Source of the DNA: Adineta vaga
Taxonomy: Eukaryota > Animalia > Rotifera
DNA: 64,000 nucleotides
Reading direction: 5' to 3'
Assembly: GCA_021613535.1 (NCBI GenBank)
Contig: CP075495.1
Coordinates: 186,001 to 250,000, forward strand
The notes below the pieces were generated by a model. That model was not told where the DNA came from. It searched no databases and saw only the letters and a list, made by a program, of their open reading frames with translations. Below, one piece after another: positions 52,618 to 64,000 of the stretch. A program made the position numbers and the translations under genes. Each line of letters begins with the position of its first letter. Positions within the stretch are counted from its first letter, which is position 1.

Positions 52618-54270
52618 ATGGCTTCTTCCTCGAAATTTGACATAAACAGTATTTTATATCCTCTTACTTCATTTGAAATGGCAACGAATCTTCACCAATT
52701 AAACATGAAAATTAATAAATTTACTCCTCGTCGTAATTATCATATTACGTGCCTATTAAATCGTATTTTTGAAACAAAATTTTCTCCTGAGCAAATTGGA
52801 ATTCGTTTAGAAAATTGGAAATCACTCATGCCAATATATAAAGACTTTTTTGTAATAAGATCTATGGAAGAAGTCGAGAGACATATCAAGAATTATTATT
52901 CTAATCAACTTAATAATTTTTCGGCATCACTCATCAATTGTTTTATACCTTTAATCACTCATTGTATGAATAATAATTGTGCAAGAAATGAGTTGGCAAA
53001 TCCGATTCCTCACCACGACGTCACGATTTTCTGCTGTGGTGAGAGATCGAAGAAAGGAACAGTGTTCTTCAAACAACGTATTAAATATAATTACAAATAT
53101 TTTTATCATTATTGTCTTCGTTATCAGACGGCCAGAAGATGTTGACGATTCGTCCTAATGATGAAATTTTCGTTGTTTTTTCAAATTATGGATATGAAAA
53201 ACGTCTTCTTTTACAGATCGATGGCGATATTTTATTCAAACATTGTGGCTTCTCAAATTGTGCTAATGCTTTCAATTATTTAAATGATAAATTTGAAGGA
53301 AAAGAAGGTGATAATATGAATCGTTTTCATCTTCAAAAAACATTGTTTCTTTGGCGTCTCGGCAATTTTGGTGCAAGCGAAAATTTCCGTATGCCTATTC
53401 CAGATCAACAAGATTTTCATACAACACTTCTGAATATATTACCGGACGTTAAAGATTTATTTACTAGAAAATGGGGTAAAAGAGATCATAAATATTGCAA
53501 AGGACCATGTAGCGCAACTATCGTACTGGATGGACATCAAAAAGCAACCAGAAGAGTTTGTGCTGTGAAAAATATATCTATTCCAAGTATTGATGGGTCT
53601 ATTGGTGACGTTAAAGTTGGATGTTCAGCTAGACCTGAATATAGAAGTAAAAGATGTCGTGAACATTTATCAACGAACGATGATGATAACAATGATCAAA
53701 AAGAACATTTGAACATGCAAATCCCTCGAGTTCGTCGTTTTCTCAGGAGAAGAACAAGAAAAAATAGAGGTCGATTTCATCTTCAATGTAAAACATTAAA
53801 GTCGTTACTATATAAACGTATCTTGCAACGCACATCTGGAATTGTCGCTGCTGCTTTTAACTGTGGATTTGTCTGCAGTATTTCCGAATTATTCAGATAT
53901 GAATCTATAACGCAAATATATAACTTTCTCGTTTATATGTATCAAAATATCGAAAATTTTCTCGAAATTTTAATTTACGATGATGCCTGCCACTTGAAAC
54001 TGTTTATCAAAAATTCTAATAATTTTATTCAAACAACTCGCGCACGACAAAAACTAGAAAGACTAAAATTTTTTGCGATAAACTACATTATCGAAATCAT
54101 ATAGATCCTTGGTGTCGTCAAAATACTAATCCATATAATGATCCAGTTGCTAATTCTACTAATACTGAGATATGTGAACAAATTTTTGCATGGCTTGCAC
54201 AATATAAAAATGTCGTTAGAGGTTTTAATGAATCTACCTTCTTAATCTACATCTGTCTTCTTTGTGATTT
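52618..54270 (+). pseudogene. CxC5/CxC6 KDZ transposase (right copy)
   Basis: Mirror of 21370-23027, with an extra frameshift at ~53120 and loss of CxxC (KQCIKC changed to KQRIKY). Confidence 0.8.
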
Positions 54271-56516
54271 GTATAATAGTAACAGATATGATAACTTACG
54301 TAAAGAGTATTTGTCATCAAATACACATACAACTAATACTATGTAGTTTATATAGCAAACAGCATACAAATTTCTTGTTATGCTTGCTTAACACTTTTAC
54401 TCACTGATAAGTTCTTTCTTGTTCATACACTTAGACATTCTTTTATTCATAATTAAATTGTTGATGTTGATTTTTTTATGATATTGTAGCGAAATCTCTT
54501 TCATTCAAAATCCTTTTCGTTCTCTAGTTTTATCTTAATAAATGTGGGACATTGATACGCTGTGTTCGGAAAAAAATGACTATTGATAAAATGGTATTCT
54601 GTTCATTTTTTGTTTTTCATACTCAGACTATTTAGTGATGTTTCCTAGACTCAATAGTCAGATATCCTTTTTAATCTCCAAGAACCTTTTCTTCGTCAGT
54701 TATTTTTACTTTAGAAAGGTATTGAGCTGTAACAAATCAGCACATATTTTACTGGTGATCTATTATGAAACCTCGCTGTAGATAGATTGTATCTCCGAAA
54801 AACAGCGCAATCATAAATGTTGATATAATAAAGATAAATGAAACAATATAATACCTAAAAAATCTAAACAATAAATAGAAAACAAATGGCTAGATGCTTT
54901 TTTCGTTCGTTAATTTCGAATATATTCATCGAACGATATCTTTTTTTTTCAATTATACACACATGTGTACATGACCTATACGTCATCATAGGTAATTCAA
55001 GAGAGAATTTCTCTCTTACAAATATATTTCTGTCGTTGAAAACAGGTCTATTCGATTCGAAATCAAATTCTGCATCGATTGAAACTAGTTTTAGTTGAGA
55101 TCAGAATGAGCGATAAAAAAGAGAACATGTACAAGATTGATATAAAGATTAATAGATTTGAGTAGAAAAAAAAGAGAATATAAATCATTCTGTTCATGAA
55201 TGTATATTTTTTTCATCAGATAAAAACATGAATATTTGATTAGAATATTATGATGAAGTATATTTCAATATAAACTGTTTTTTTGGTATTGTCATTATTT
55301 GCCATACAGCACACCCTCATACACTTCCTTCTAAATATTTGTGACTTTTTATATTGATGATAGTTGTGAAAGCATTTTCTATTTTTACATATAGAGAAAT
55401 AACATACAAAAGAGATCGTTTTTGAAAACTTTTCCATTTTTCAACTGATTAAGTCACCACAATTTTTCTGTAAAATCTTTTAATACCTATGAAAGAAAAA
55501 GTAAATAAATAAAATCAGCCCACACCACGGATTTCCCGCTCGATATCAATGAAATAGAAAAACAAAGTTTCTCTCTATTACACCTGAACAGATCATAAGA
55601 AAGCTTCATATTTTGAGTAACAGAAAAAAAAGTAAAAACTATTGTATGCTTCTTATGAAAAAACCGATCATTGAATATCCCGTATGTCCCGTTCTTCAAA
55701 AAATCTATTTATCATATATGAAGAAAAAATTCTGTTTTTGTCTGAATACAAGTTTCAATGTGACGCATGTCCCGCGAATACAAAAATCTGTCTACTGTTT
55801 GAAGAAAAACAAAATTCTATTTCTCTTTTCATACGAATTCCAATGTACCTCCTGTCCCCAAAGTAAAAAAACATCTATCTAAGTTTAAAGACAAACGACA
55901 TAGTTTATTTATGGTAGTTAAAATGATTACTTATACATTTATCAATTATAATATCTTCTCTATGAGTTAAATGAAAAAATAGATAGATATAGAAATTGTT
56001 TTTGTATTTATATCAATTCCAAACTCAACTAAATTCTCTAACCGACTGCCATATAGTGATATTATTAAGCATATCTTTCGATGTTAATTAATCTCGTTAT
56101 CGTCCTTCTGCGTTCAATCACAATTACACCCTTTTATCAAATGTAAATATGTCACGTCTCTTTATATGATAAATACATTCCTATTAAACTACGTTTATAC
56201 ATATGTACGTCTGCTTTTCATGAATGTTTTTTTCTTTTTGAACAATTAGCTAAATGAATGAGAGATTAGCTCTCGTCTGCTCTTCCTCTCTCTCCTTTAG
56301 CGACGATAATTCATTCATACAGTCATAAAAATATAATTCTAAAAATTTTAAATAAACTCCAAAGTTTAACCTTACACATCCTTATCTTCGACAACTATAT
56401 TGTATTATTACGAACTCATATAATTCTGGTACAGTACAGTTTTGTCTTTGATTTTAACTAATATAGAATTCGATACTGATTAGATTCCGATATTCTGATT
56501 TTTGTTCTGTTAAAAA

Positions 56517-59500
56517 GTTCAATCTATCTGAATATTGAGTATCATCGTCAAGTCTAATTTTAAAAAATCTGATCGACTAGAAAAGATAGAAAAAGGATTT
56601 TTATTTAAATGTAAATGTCCTGGTTTTTGTTGAACGAGATGTCGAACTACATTGAACCATTGAGTTGCTAATCGGTTTGAATTCATGCATTGATCGAATT
56701 CCTTGTATTGTACCTAAATTAATACAGACATAAGGGACAAAAGCAAAAGCTTTTCTGACCTGTTGTTCGAAGTTTTTCGCTTCTAGCTTTCAGAAAAGTG
56801 TTCTTCGCTTCTTCTACTTCATTCGATTCAAGAAAGAAGATATGAACACCAGGAATATCTTTGTTAGATCTTCTTGCTGTTTCAAGTTGTTGTTTTTGTG
56901 AGAATTCGTAGAAGTCTTTTGCATTTGACATGAGAATGTTTTTTGAAAGTGTAGCACGTCTGGCGACTGACTTCAGTACGGCGCCTATACCGTCGCCAGC
57001 ACCTTTACCATGACCTGTAGCTGTGAACGTCCAACAAGCATCCAAATCGAAGTCCATCTTATGATGAATTAGGTTTAAAATGCTGGTATTGTTCTTGAAA
57101 TGTGCACATGCGCCATCACTAAATGAACGACGAGGGTTGACGTAGTACATAAACTATTTAAAAAAAGATTTACCTCACATAATTGACCTTTTTTACCAAT
57201 GGAAAGTTTTTCTTGATAAATGCGGTGAGAATTTTCTGTGCACAATGCACGAATGATGTTGTATGCTCCATATAATTGCTAATGATCGCCAAATTTCGCT
57301 GTTCTTTCCCAATGGTCAGATGGATTGTAAATAAGGTGGCTTGATGATAACTAAAAAAGCCTTGCTGAACTTCACGCTGACGTATGAGTGTGTAATTCAT
57401 TGAAAAATCTATCTGAGCCACAGCAAAAGTTTTTTCCGTTGATTGACAGCGTAAGTCTTTGATATATTCACGTTGTTCACGATTAATGTGCGTGTGAAGC
57501 AAGAATGGAGACCATCTTGCTTCAATTTCCGTCAATAGAGAGTCAACCGAGCCAGACATTTGCTGAAGATCGAATATTTTATTGACTTTCTTCCATAAAG
57601 AACATGAACATTCGTCCTCCAAATCCAATATAAAGTTATCAGTGAGAATATCTCTGATGTTTTCTTCTGGACAAGCATCACATTCACCATTAAAGCACTT
57701 TTCATTCGAAATAGTGCAAACCATTTGAGTAATCAGATCCTTCATATTGATCTTATTACTAGCTGAGAAAGAACCTACATCGCCACATTTTCGGTAGTAA
57801 TTGTTCCAAGCCTATAATGAAGTTAAGTTACATTCGAATCAATATACGGCTAGCACAAACCTTCAATAACAGATCCATATTTTCGTGGATAATACACATG
57901 CATGTGTCATGTGGTGTTGCAGTCTTCACTTCTCGTGGACGAAGAGCATTGAAAGTTGATCTTGAAACCGTATCAGGATGACGTTCGTTGAATGTTTGGT
58001 AGGCATCCAAGACAGTCATTTCTAGAAACCGAACTGCTACTGATTGTCCGTTGATTTTGATCGTGTCTTTGGAATTGGATGAGACTCGACTAATACCATC
58101 TTCACAATAGAACTTGATCACAAGATCAATTGTTGAGTTAGATAAAGGACGATTACTTCCTCGCAGGCATTGTGGATAAGCTAAAATTCCATCGTTTTTT
58201 CGAAGAACAAGCGATCGTCGAGCTTGATTTGGCTTTGATGCAAACCTGATAAGTGAAAGAAATTTTTGGTAACATTTTTTGAAAAAATGCGAAGATATTG
58301 AACGACATGAGAATAAAATACGCACCATTTTTCGATTTTTTGTCGACCCCACTCTTTGGGAGCAATTGTCATCAAGCGAACTTGTTCATTAGCATCACTG
58401 TCACCGTATAACTTCTTCAAACCATCCAAAACTTCATTTGATTCACATATCGTTAGTCCGTGAGGATTTGATCGTGCGAGACTTGAGACTTGCCGTCTAG
58501 TATGTCGCATAAACGATTGAGTTTTCTATACACCTCATCGACTTTGTCTCGAATGGGCAATACTGCTGATCTAAATACAAATTTCGTTTTAAAAAATTCG
58601 AATTAAATTTATAAACTAACCTGTCATGAATCGGTTCTATGTTCAATAGATCGAATATCTTTGATAATTCTTTCATTGATTTGTCTTTTTTGTGTTCGAT
58701 TTCATAGAAATCATGATCTGTCTCTTCTTCCATCGATTCATGGTCAGTTGTTTCATCGACAGGTGGCGATTCATCATCGTCATTTGACTCAGCTAAGATA
58801 CCACTATCCATATGAGGATTCTCTTTCTCTTCTTCACTTAGATCATTGAATTCCACATCGACACAATCATCATCATTTTTGTCATCATTAACAGGGGAAC
58901 CTTGTGTCATTGATTCATCATCACTAGAACTTTCATTGTTGTTCTCCTGCTTTGATTGATGAGTCATCATTTTCTTCGATTCAAATGTATAATATCTTGG
59001 ACATAACCAGCTAAATCGGGTGTGAGCTACGTCATACTCACTGATCAAAAACTTCGATAATTCGGATGACACAGTCTTTACTCCTTTTGGTACACATACA
59101 GATTTATCATGCTTTACCGGATGTTCACAATTTTTTCGTCGCGGCATTAGAATAGATTTTGAAAAAATAAAGAAGCACTGATGGACAGTCGATATTTTCT
59201 AATATCCAATGATTCATCTCGTAATCTTATTCGTGTGAAGTCACAACATTTATGAATAAGACTCTATATCTAAAGATGTCCTTAAAGAGAAATGGAAAAT
59301 CTATCATTTCGATAGTAATGTCTCTTTCGATTCCATGGTCTCATTTGTGAAAGACAGTATAACAGCAAATCTTTTCAGTTATCAGGGCAGAGTCGTTAGT
59401 ATGATTTCGTTCTGTTAGGATAGTGTCATGGAAGTTGTTGTATTCCACGAGTAAAAGAAAATAAAAATTATTCAATTTAATTGAATACAATCTAGCTTGA

Positions 59501-59859
59501 CGAAATATATCTATTGATATGTTCAGAGAAAATGACTGAGCCTCCGAAACCTTCAATAGAACTGGTCTGATGTTCCTCAGGAAACATGTTTCTAGACTTT
59601 GTTTACATTTCTGAAAACCAAAAAATTCCAAAAAGAATACTTTTAAAGAAGTTCCACGCTTTTTCTCGACATTTTTCTATATATAAAAATACACCATAGG
59701 TGTTCCGAGAAAATGCTCAAAAACTCGGAGTTTTTGGGTAAGAGTACTTAATTTTTTTTAACTAAAAGTGTTTTCTAGTCGAGATCAACCTTTTGAACAA
59801 AAAAAAAACGAAAAAAACGACCTTTCTAAAAAAGTGGATGGGTCCTCATGGATTCACCC
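56517..59859 (-). mobile_element. Sola2-like DNA transposon, 3' end missing
   Basis: Candidate 5' terminus GGGTGAATCCATGAGGACCC (GRG-type) at 59859. No partner TIR is seen before the palindrome edge at 56516. Confidence 0.55.
56600..59147 (-). CDS. Sola2-like DDD transposase, multi-exon (integrity uncertain)
   Basis: Motifs [29 protein letters not shown] and [18 protein letters not shown]. The Sola2 subfamily name is recalled from motif pattern only. Confidence 0.65.
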
Positions 59860-60827
59860 ATATACTGTTTTGAATTACTTTAGCAGTCATCATTTCAGAA
59901 AAGTAAAACTCGAGATTTTTACATCAAAAAGACTTTTTTTAATTAAACAATGTGAAGGATGCATTGATCTTCATCAATGATGTATTACCATTTGTATACA
60001 TCTTTTTTTTAAAAGAAAAAAACCGTTAGCGTTCATTATGCCGTGAATGTCCATCCACTGACATGAAAAGAAATTGTTCTACAAAAAATGATCTGTGTGT
60101 CATTGCAGTTTGTTTCTCGTATAAAAATTAATTTTTATAGCACATGAAAATATTGTTCAAGAAAGGAAATATATCGATCAGTTTTGTATAAAAATATATT
60201 TCTTATTTCGAAAGGAAAGAAACAAACGGACAAAAAAGGAAACAATCGGACGGAGAAAGAAACAAACGGACGGACGAGGGCAGAAAGACAAAAATTGTAT
60301 TATAGCCTAGTGTATTTAGACAGTAAATAATTTAAATCAAACATCAAATTGAAACTTATTAAGAACTTAGAAAGATACATTTTTCTCATATTGATAATAT
60401 CAAAATGTAACACGTCCATATAATAAAAGTCGACTGATCAACTACATTACGTTCATTTTTCATACTGCAATCAAGGTAAATATAGATGTAAAGACAGGAT
60501 AATTTTGTCAGCTGAGTCAATCGTTTAATAATACTGTAATGAATGTGATTGTTGTTTTTTAAACTTGTTGTATAGAATAAATGAACATCTGGCAAGTATA
60601 TAATATAGTATTTTAATAGTTTATATTACCGCAGGAAAAGCATGTATTTAAAACGAAAATATAGAAACATCTTAAAAGTCAATGCGTCACAGACCATTAC
60701 CATTTTCATTTGGCAGATAATAAGAGCCACTGACGTTGTTTTGAAAAGTTCATGCTATTAATTAAAATGCACATTCTTATTGTTTAGTTAATTTTGGATA
60801 CTTACTAAAAGTTGTTTATTATTTTAG

Positions 60828-63236
60828 ATGCAAAATGGTGAAGATATTATCGAAGCACTTCGGTGTTCCATCGGTTTAGTATCTATAGTTTATATTTGTC
60901 GATTATATATGAAACTGTCAACTTTTCTATCAACAATTTTGTCGTCTACAGCTCGAACACAACTGATAAAACAAGCAGTAAATGAACGATATGACAGCAG
61001 TCATACAACTGAAAATATTATGATGGTGACAAACATGATTGAAATAAATAAAGATATGATAAATCGAGTGCTATTACTGTCAGATTTTGAGAGAAATGTT
61101 ATCAAACTTGATATAAATCATATTACAATGGATGTTTTAAATGATATGATCTTATTTCCATTTACCAACATTTGTATTAATTGTACAAAATCTCTTACTT
61201 CGTATCGCTACAAATTAATTCATGTTATCGATTGTTTTAAAATTAATCGAGCAGTAGCTGTAACAGCTGACTGTAAGACATGTTCACTGATTTATAATCA
61301 TTCATCTTGGTATTTATTAAAAGATCGATGGCGAAAGATTAATAAATCATCATTAAATAGTGCATTCAAAGTATTTTATTTGTGTGATTCGTTTGCATTT
61401 ACATATTCGGTTTTCTTTGATTATACATGTCAACTTCTACATGATCAATGTCCATTTCAATCGTTTTCTCGAATACTTATTGATCGATATAATTATGAAC
61501 ATCAAAACAGTAACATTATTCTTCAACCAATTCCATTAGCAAAATTATTTCAAAGTCATTGGTTATTATATCAAATTGTACGTTTTGAATTCATGTTAGG
61601 ACGAACTCAACTAGTTAATTTACCAGTTTCACTTAATCGAAATGAACTTAATTATCATTTTGAATGTTATTCTGGTTGGTGGTATCATTTATTCACTACA
61701 TTTTGGTCAAGACATAAATCAATTCCAAATATAAAGTGTTCTCCATCGAATTGTAGTCGATGTATTATTGTGGATGGACATCAAAAGTGTCGACGATTAG
61801 TGTGTAGTTTTAAAAATATTGTCGATACTTCCATTGAAGAAATGACTTCAATTGAAATTGGTTGTCCATATACACCTTGCCGAAGAATACAATCATCGAA
61901 TTCAAGTAAATATAGAATTATTCATTGCTGTCATTTATATTATTTTATTTTAGTTGATGCAATTTATTGTCGATATCATCAACCCTCAATTCTTTCATCA
62001 CCGTCTCTTGATTTACAAAAAGCTAGTGAAAGGGCTGCTGAATTCTCGGTAATAGTTCTATACTAATTAAGTCAGTTTTAGAAGTTAAGAACACACATAC
62101 TTCGACAGATATACTATCGTAAAATGCTATAATGTGAAATATATTCATTAGACTTATTACAAGTCAATATGATAGCCTACAACCTTTTCAATTATTATAA
62201 CTCAAAGATGGACCATTTCTTAGAAAGTCATATGACTTAGTTTCGTACAGACAACTACGCAAGTGTGATCTGTCCAACAGTTTGATCGATTCAAAAGTTT
62301 CACACACATTTTCTATGTCATATAGAATAAGATTTCATTTCTGTTGTATTAATTTGATAGAATAATTATATTTGTTTTTGTTATTTTAGATATGGGATAG
62401 AGATTTCCTGTCAGAACATAAAGCTCAATGCCAAAACTATCGTAATGATAGTGAAGAAATAAAAAAAAATAAAACATATGGCATATTAGCATCTTATCAT
62501 CCATGTGGAGTTGCAGTAGGCTTTACGGAAGCAATTAAAGCTGAAGGTATGTTCATTTAAAAACTTCTATAAATAAGATTTCATGTTCTAGAGTTACAAA
62601 ATCTTAGAAAATCTTGAAATGATGTGAAAAACTCTCGTTTATCATGTTTTAATAGGAATGCGATCAGTGACTCGTCATCTTTTACTCATGATCATTGGTG
62701 GTTTTCTTATGCCAGATGCACTAATACATGATTGCGCCTGCACATTGAAGCTCCACTGGAATAAATGGCTAGGTACAGATATGCTTAAGTCGTCGACATT
62801 AACACAACAGCTTCCAATTCATCTTGCTCTCGATAACTTCCATCAAAAAACACATTCGAGAGCAATGTGTCAAACCATTATGAAATCTGATCACCCATCA
62901 CATGAAGGACGATTTATTGGTTTAAACAGTCAAGCAGCTGAACAAGCATTTCAATATATATCCCGAGCGAAATTTGCATTACGAAATTTCTCATTTCCAC
63001 ATTCGACAATAATGTTATTGATTATACTCCATCTCCTGAATTTCAAAATGACCGGCCTCAACTTAGAAACAATTGGTTTAGGATCGCTGTATTTTGGTGA
63101 TATAATCAAGGACTTTTCCCCTACACCATGTGTATATGAACGCTTCGGCTCGTTAAACGATGAAGAACTGAACAAAAATGAAGATGATGATCACTCAGAT
63201 CTTGATCATAATGTTACATCTGAAGATATGTCATAG
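60828..63236 (+). CDS. CxC5/CxC6 KDZ transposase, multi-exon, possibly intact
   Basis: Motifs PFTNICINC, DCKTC, IIVDGHQKCRRLVC, IGCPYTP, YCRYH, TYGILASYHPCG, IHDCACTLK, LDNFHQKTH and NSQAAEQAF. Confidence 0.78.
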
Positions 63237-64000
63237 TTTTGTTTACATAATTTTTTCCACAAATAACGTCCTGTTGAATATCTGAAGATTGTACTTTTGT
63301 TGTAACTATAACTTCGTGTTTATATAGTTTTCTTCTTGGTTTGATTCTATATTTGTTATCTAGAAATTGAAAATAAATACTTGATTTGAACTGATTTATT
63401 GCATTGTTAATAAATTTGTTTAATGCATTATAATGCATTATCATGAGGAGTGTGCTAGTGATAACAATCAATCATATTTTAATACTTTTGCATTGACTAA
63501 GACGATTATCACATTCTTCAATGATTATATAATTTGATGTTAGATAATATTTTCTTATTTTTGTAAAGTAATAGGCGAAAATTCAATGTTAGTAAGATCT
63601 ATTTCTGCCAAAAAATTATCTCAAGAAAAGATCAGTGCATCATGACAATCATGTATAATTGTGAGGGAAATAAGTAATTAAAAGTACACGAATAAATATA
63701 ATAATAAAAATTAATCTTTAAATAGAACTTTTATCTCGTTTCAGAATAAGCAAAGCAATCATTATTCAGTTCCGATATTTACTTCCCTTTTACCATTTTT
63801 ATGGTTGACGCTATATGAGTATAATTTGAATTTGTACATAACAGAAAAAATAATTCAAATCATTTTGAAACACCATCTAAAATAAATAACAAGAAAATGG
63901 CTCGAATATACCAAGGAGAAACAAGTTCATTATCATCAGCAATAATATCATCGAATAATGATGATATTAGTGATGATAATAATGATGATAATATGAATTC

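Larger units (their letters stand above)
38929..56516. repeat. Right arm of the giant inverted repeat
   Basis: Mirror of 19127-36706, separated by the unique 2.2-kb spacer 36707-38928. Confidence 0.97.

Noticed and set aside
19127-56516. Whole palindrome as one giant TIR transposon or Polinton
   Set aside because: The outer ends show no TSD or terminal motif, and there is no PolB, integrase or capsid gene. The symmetry centre is an independent Tc5-like element.

Overview
AT-rich eukaryotic DNA with many ~50-60 bp GT-AG introns. It is most consistent with a bdelloid rotifer (inferred from intron style, the transposon mix and a Penelope-type hammerhead; not proven). No ordinary host gene is recognisable: the window is a nest of mostly pseudogenised mobile elements. 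The dominant structure is a ~37.4 kb palindrome (arms 19127-36706 and 38929-56516) centred exactly on a Tc4/Tc5-like DD37D transposon (36420-39216). Each arm carries, from the centre outward: (i) a 5'-truncated intron-containing Helitron encoding an OTU-like protease, an HUH Rep and a PIF1 helicase; (ii) a co-oriented class-I viral-fusogen (env/F)-like gene that appears to lie inside the Helitron and is interrupted by a solo LTR; (iii) a DUF3987-like NTPase gene interrupted by a piggyBac MITE and by the Helitron; (iv) a CxC/KDZ transposase. Outside the palindrome are a hammerhead-terminated orphan transcription unit, two more KDZ genes, an IS630/Tc1-like element, a hAT MITE, a second unrelated env-like pseudogene and a truncated Sola2-like element. 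The best candidate for a new system is an env-carrying ('enveloped') Helitron. All family assignments are from motif recognition by eye; no searches were run.
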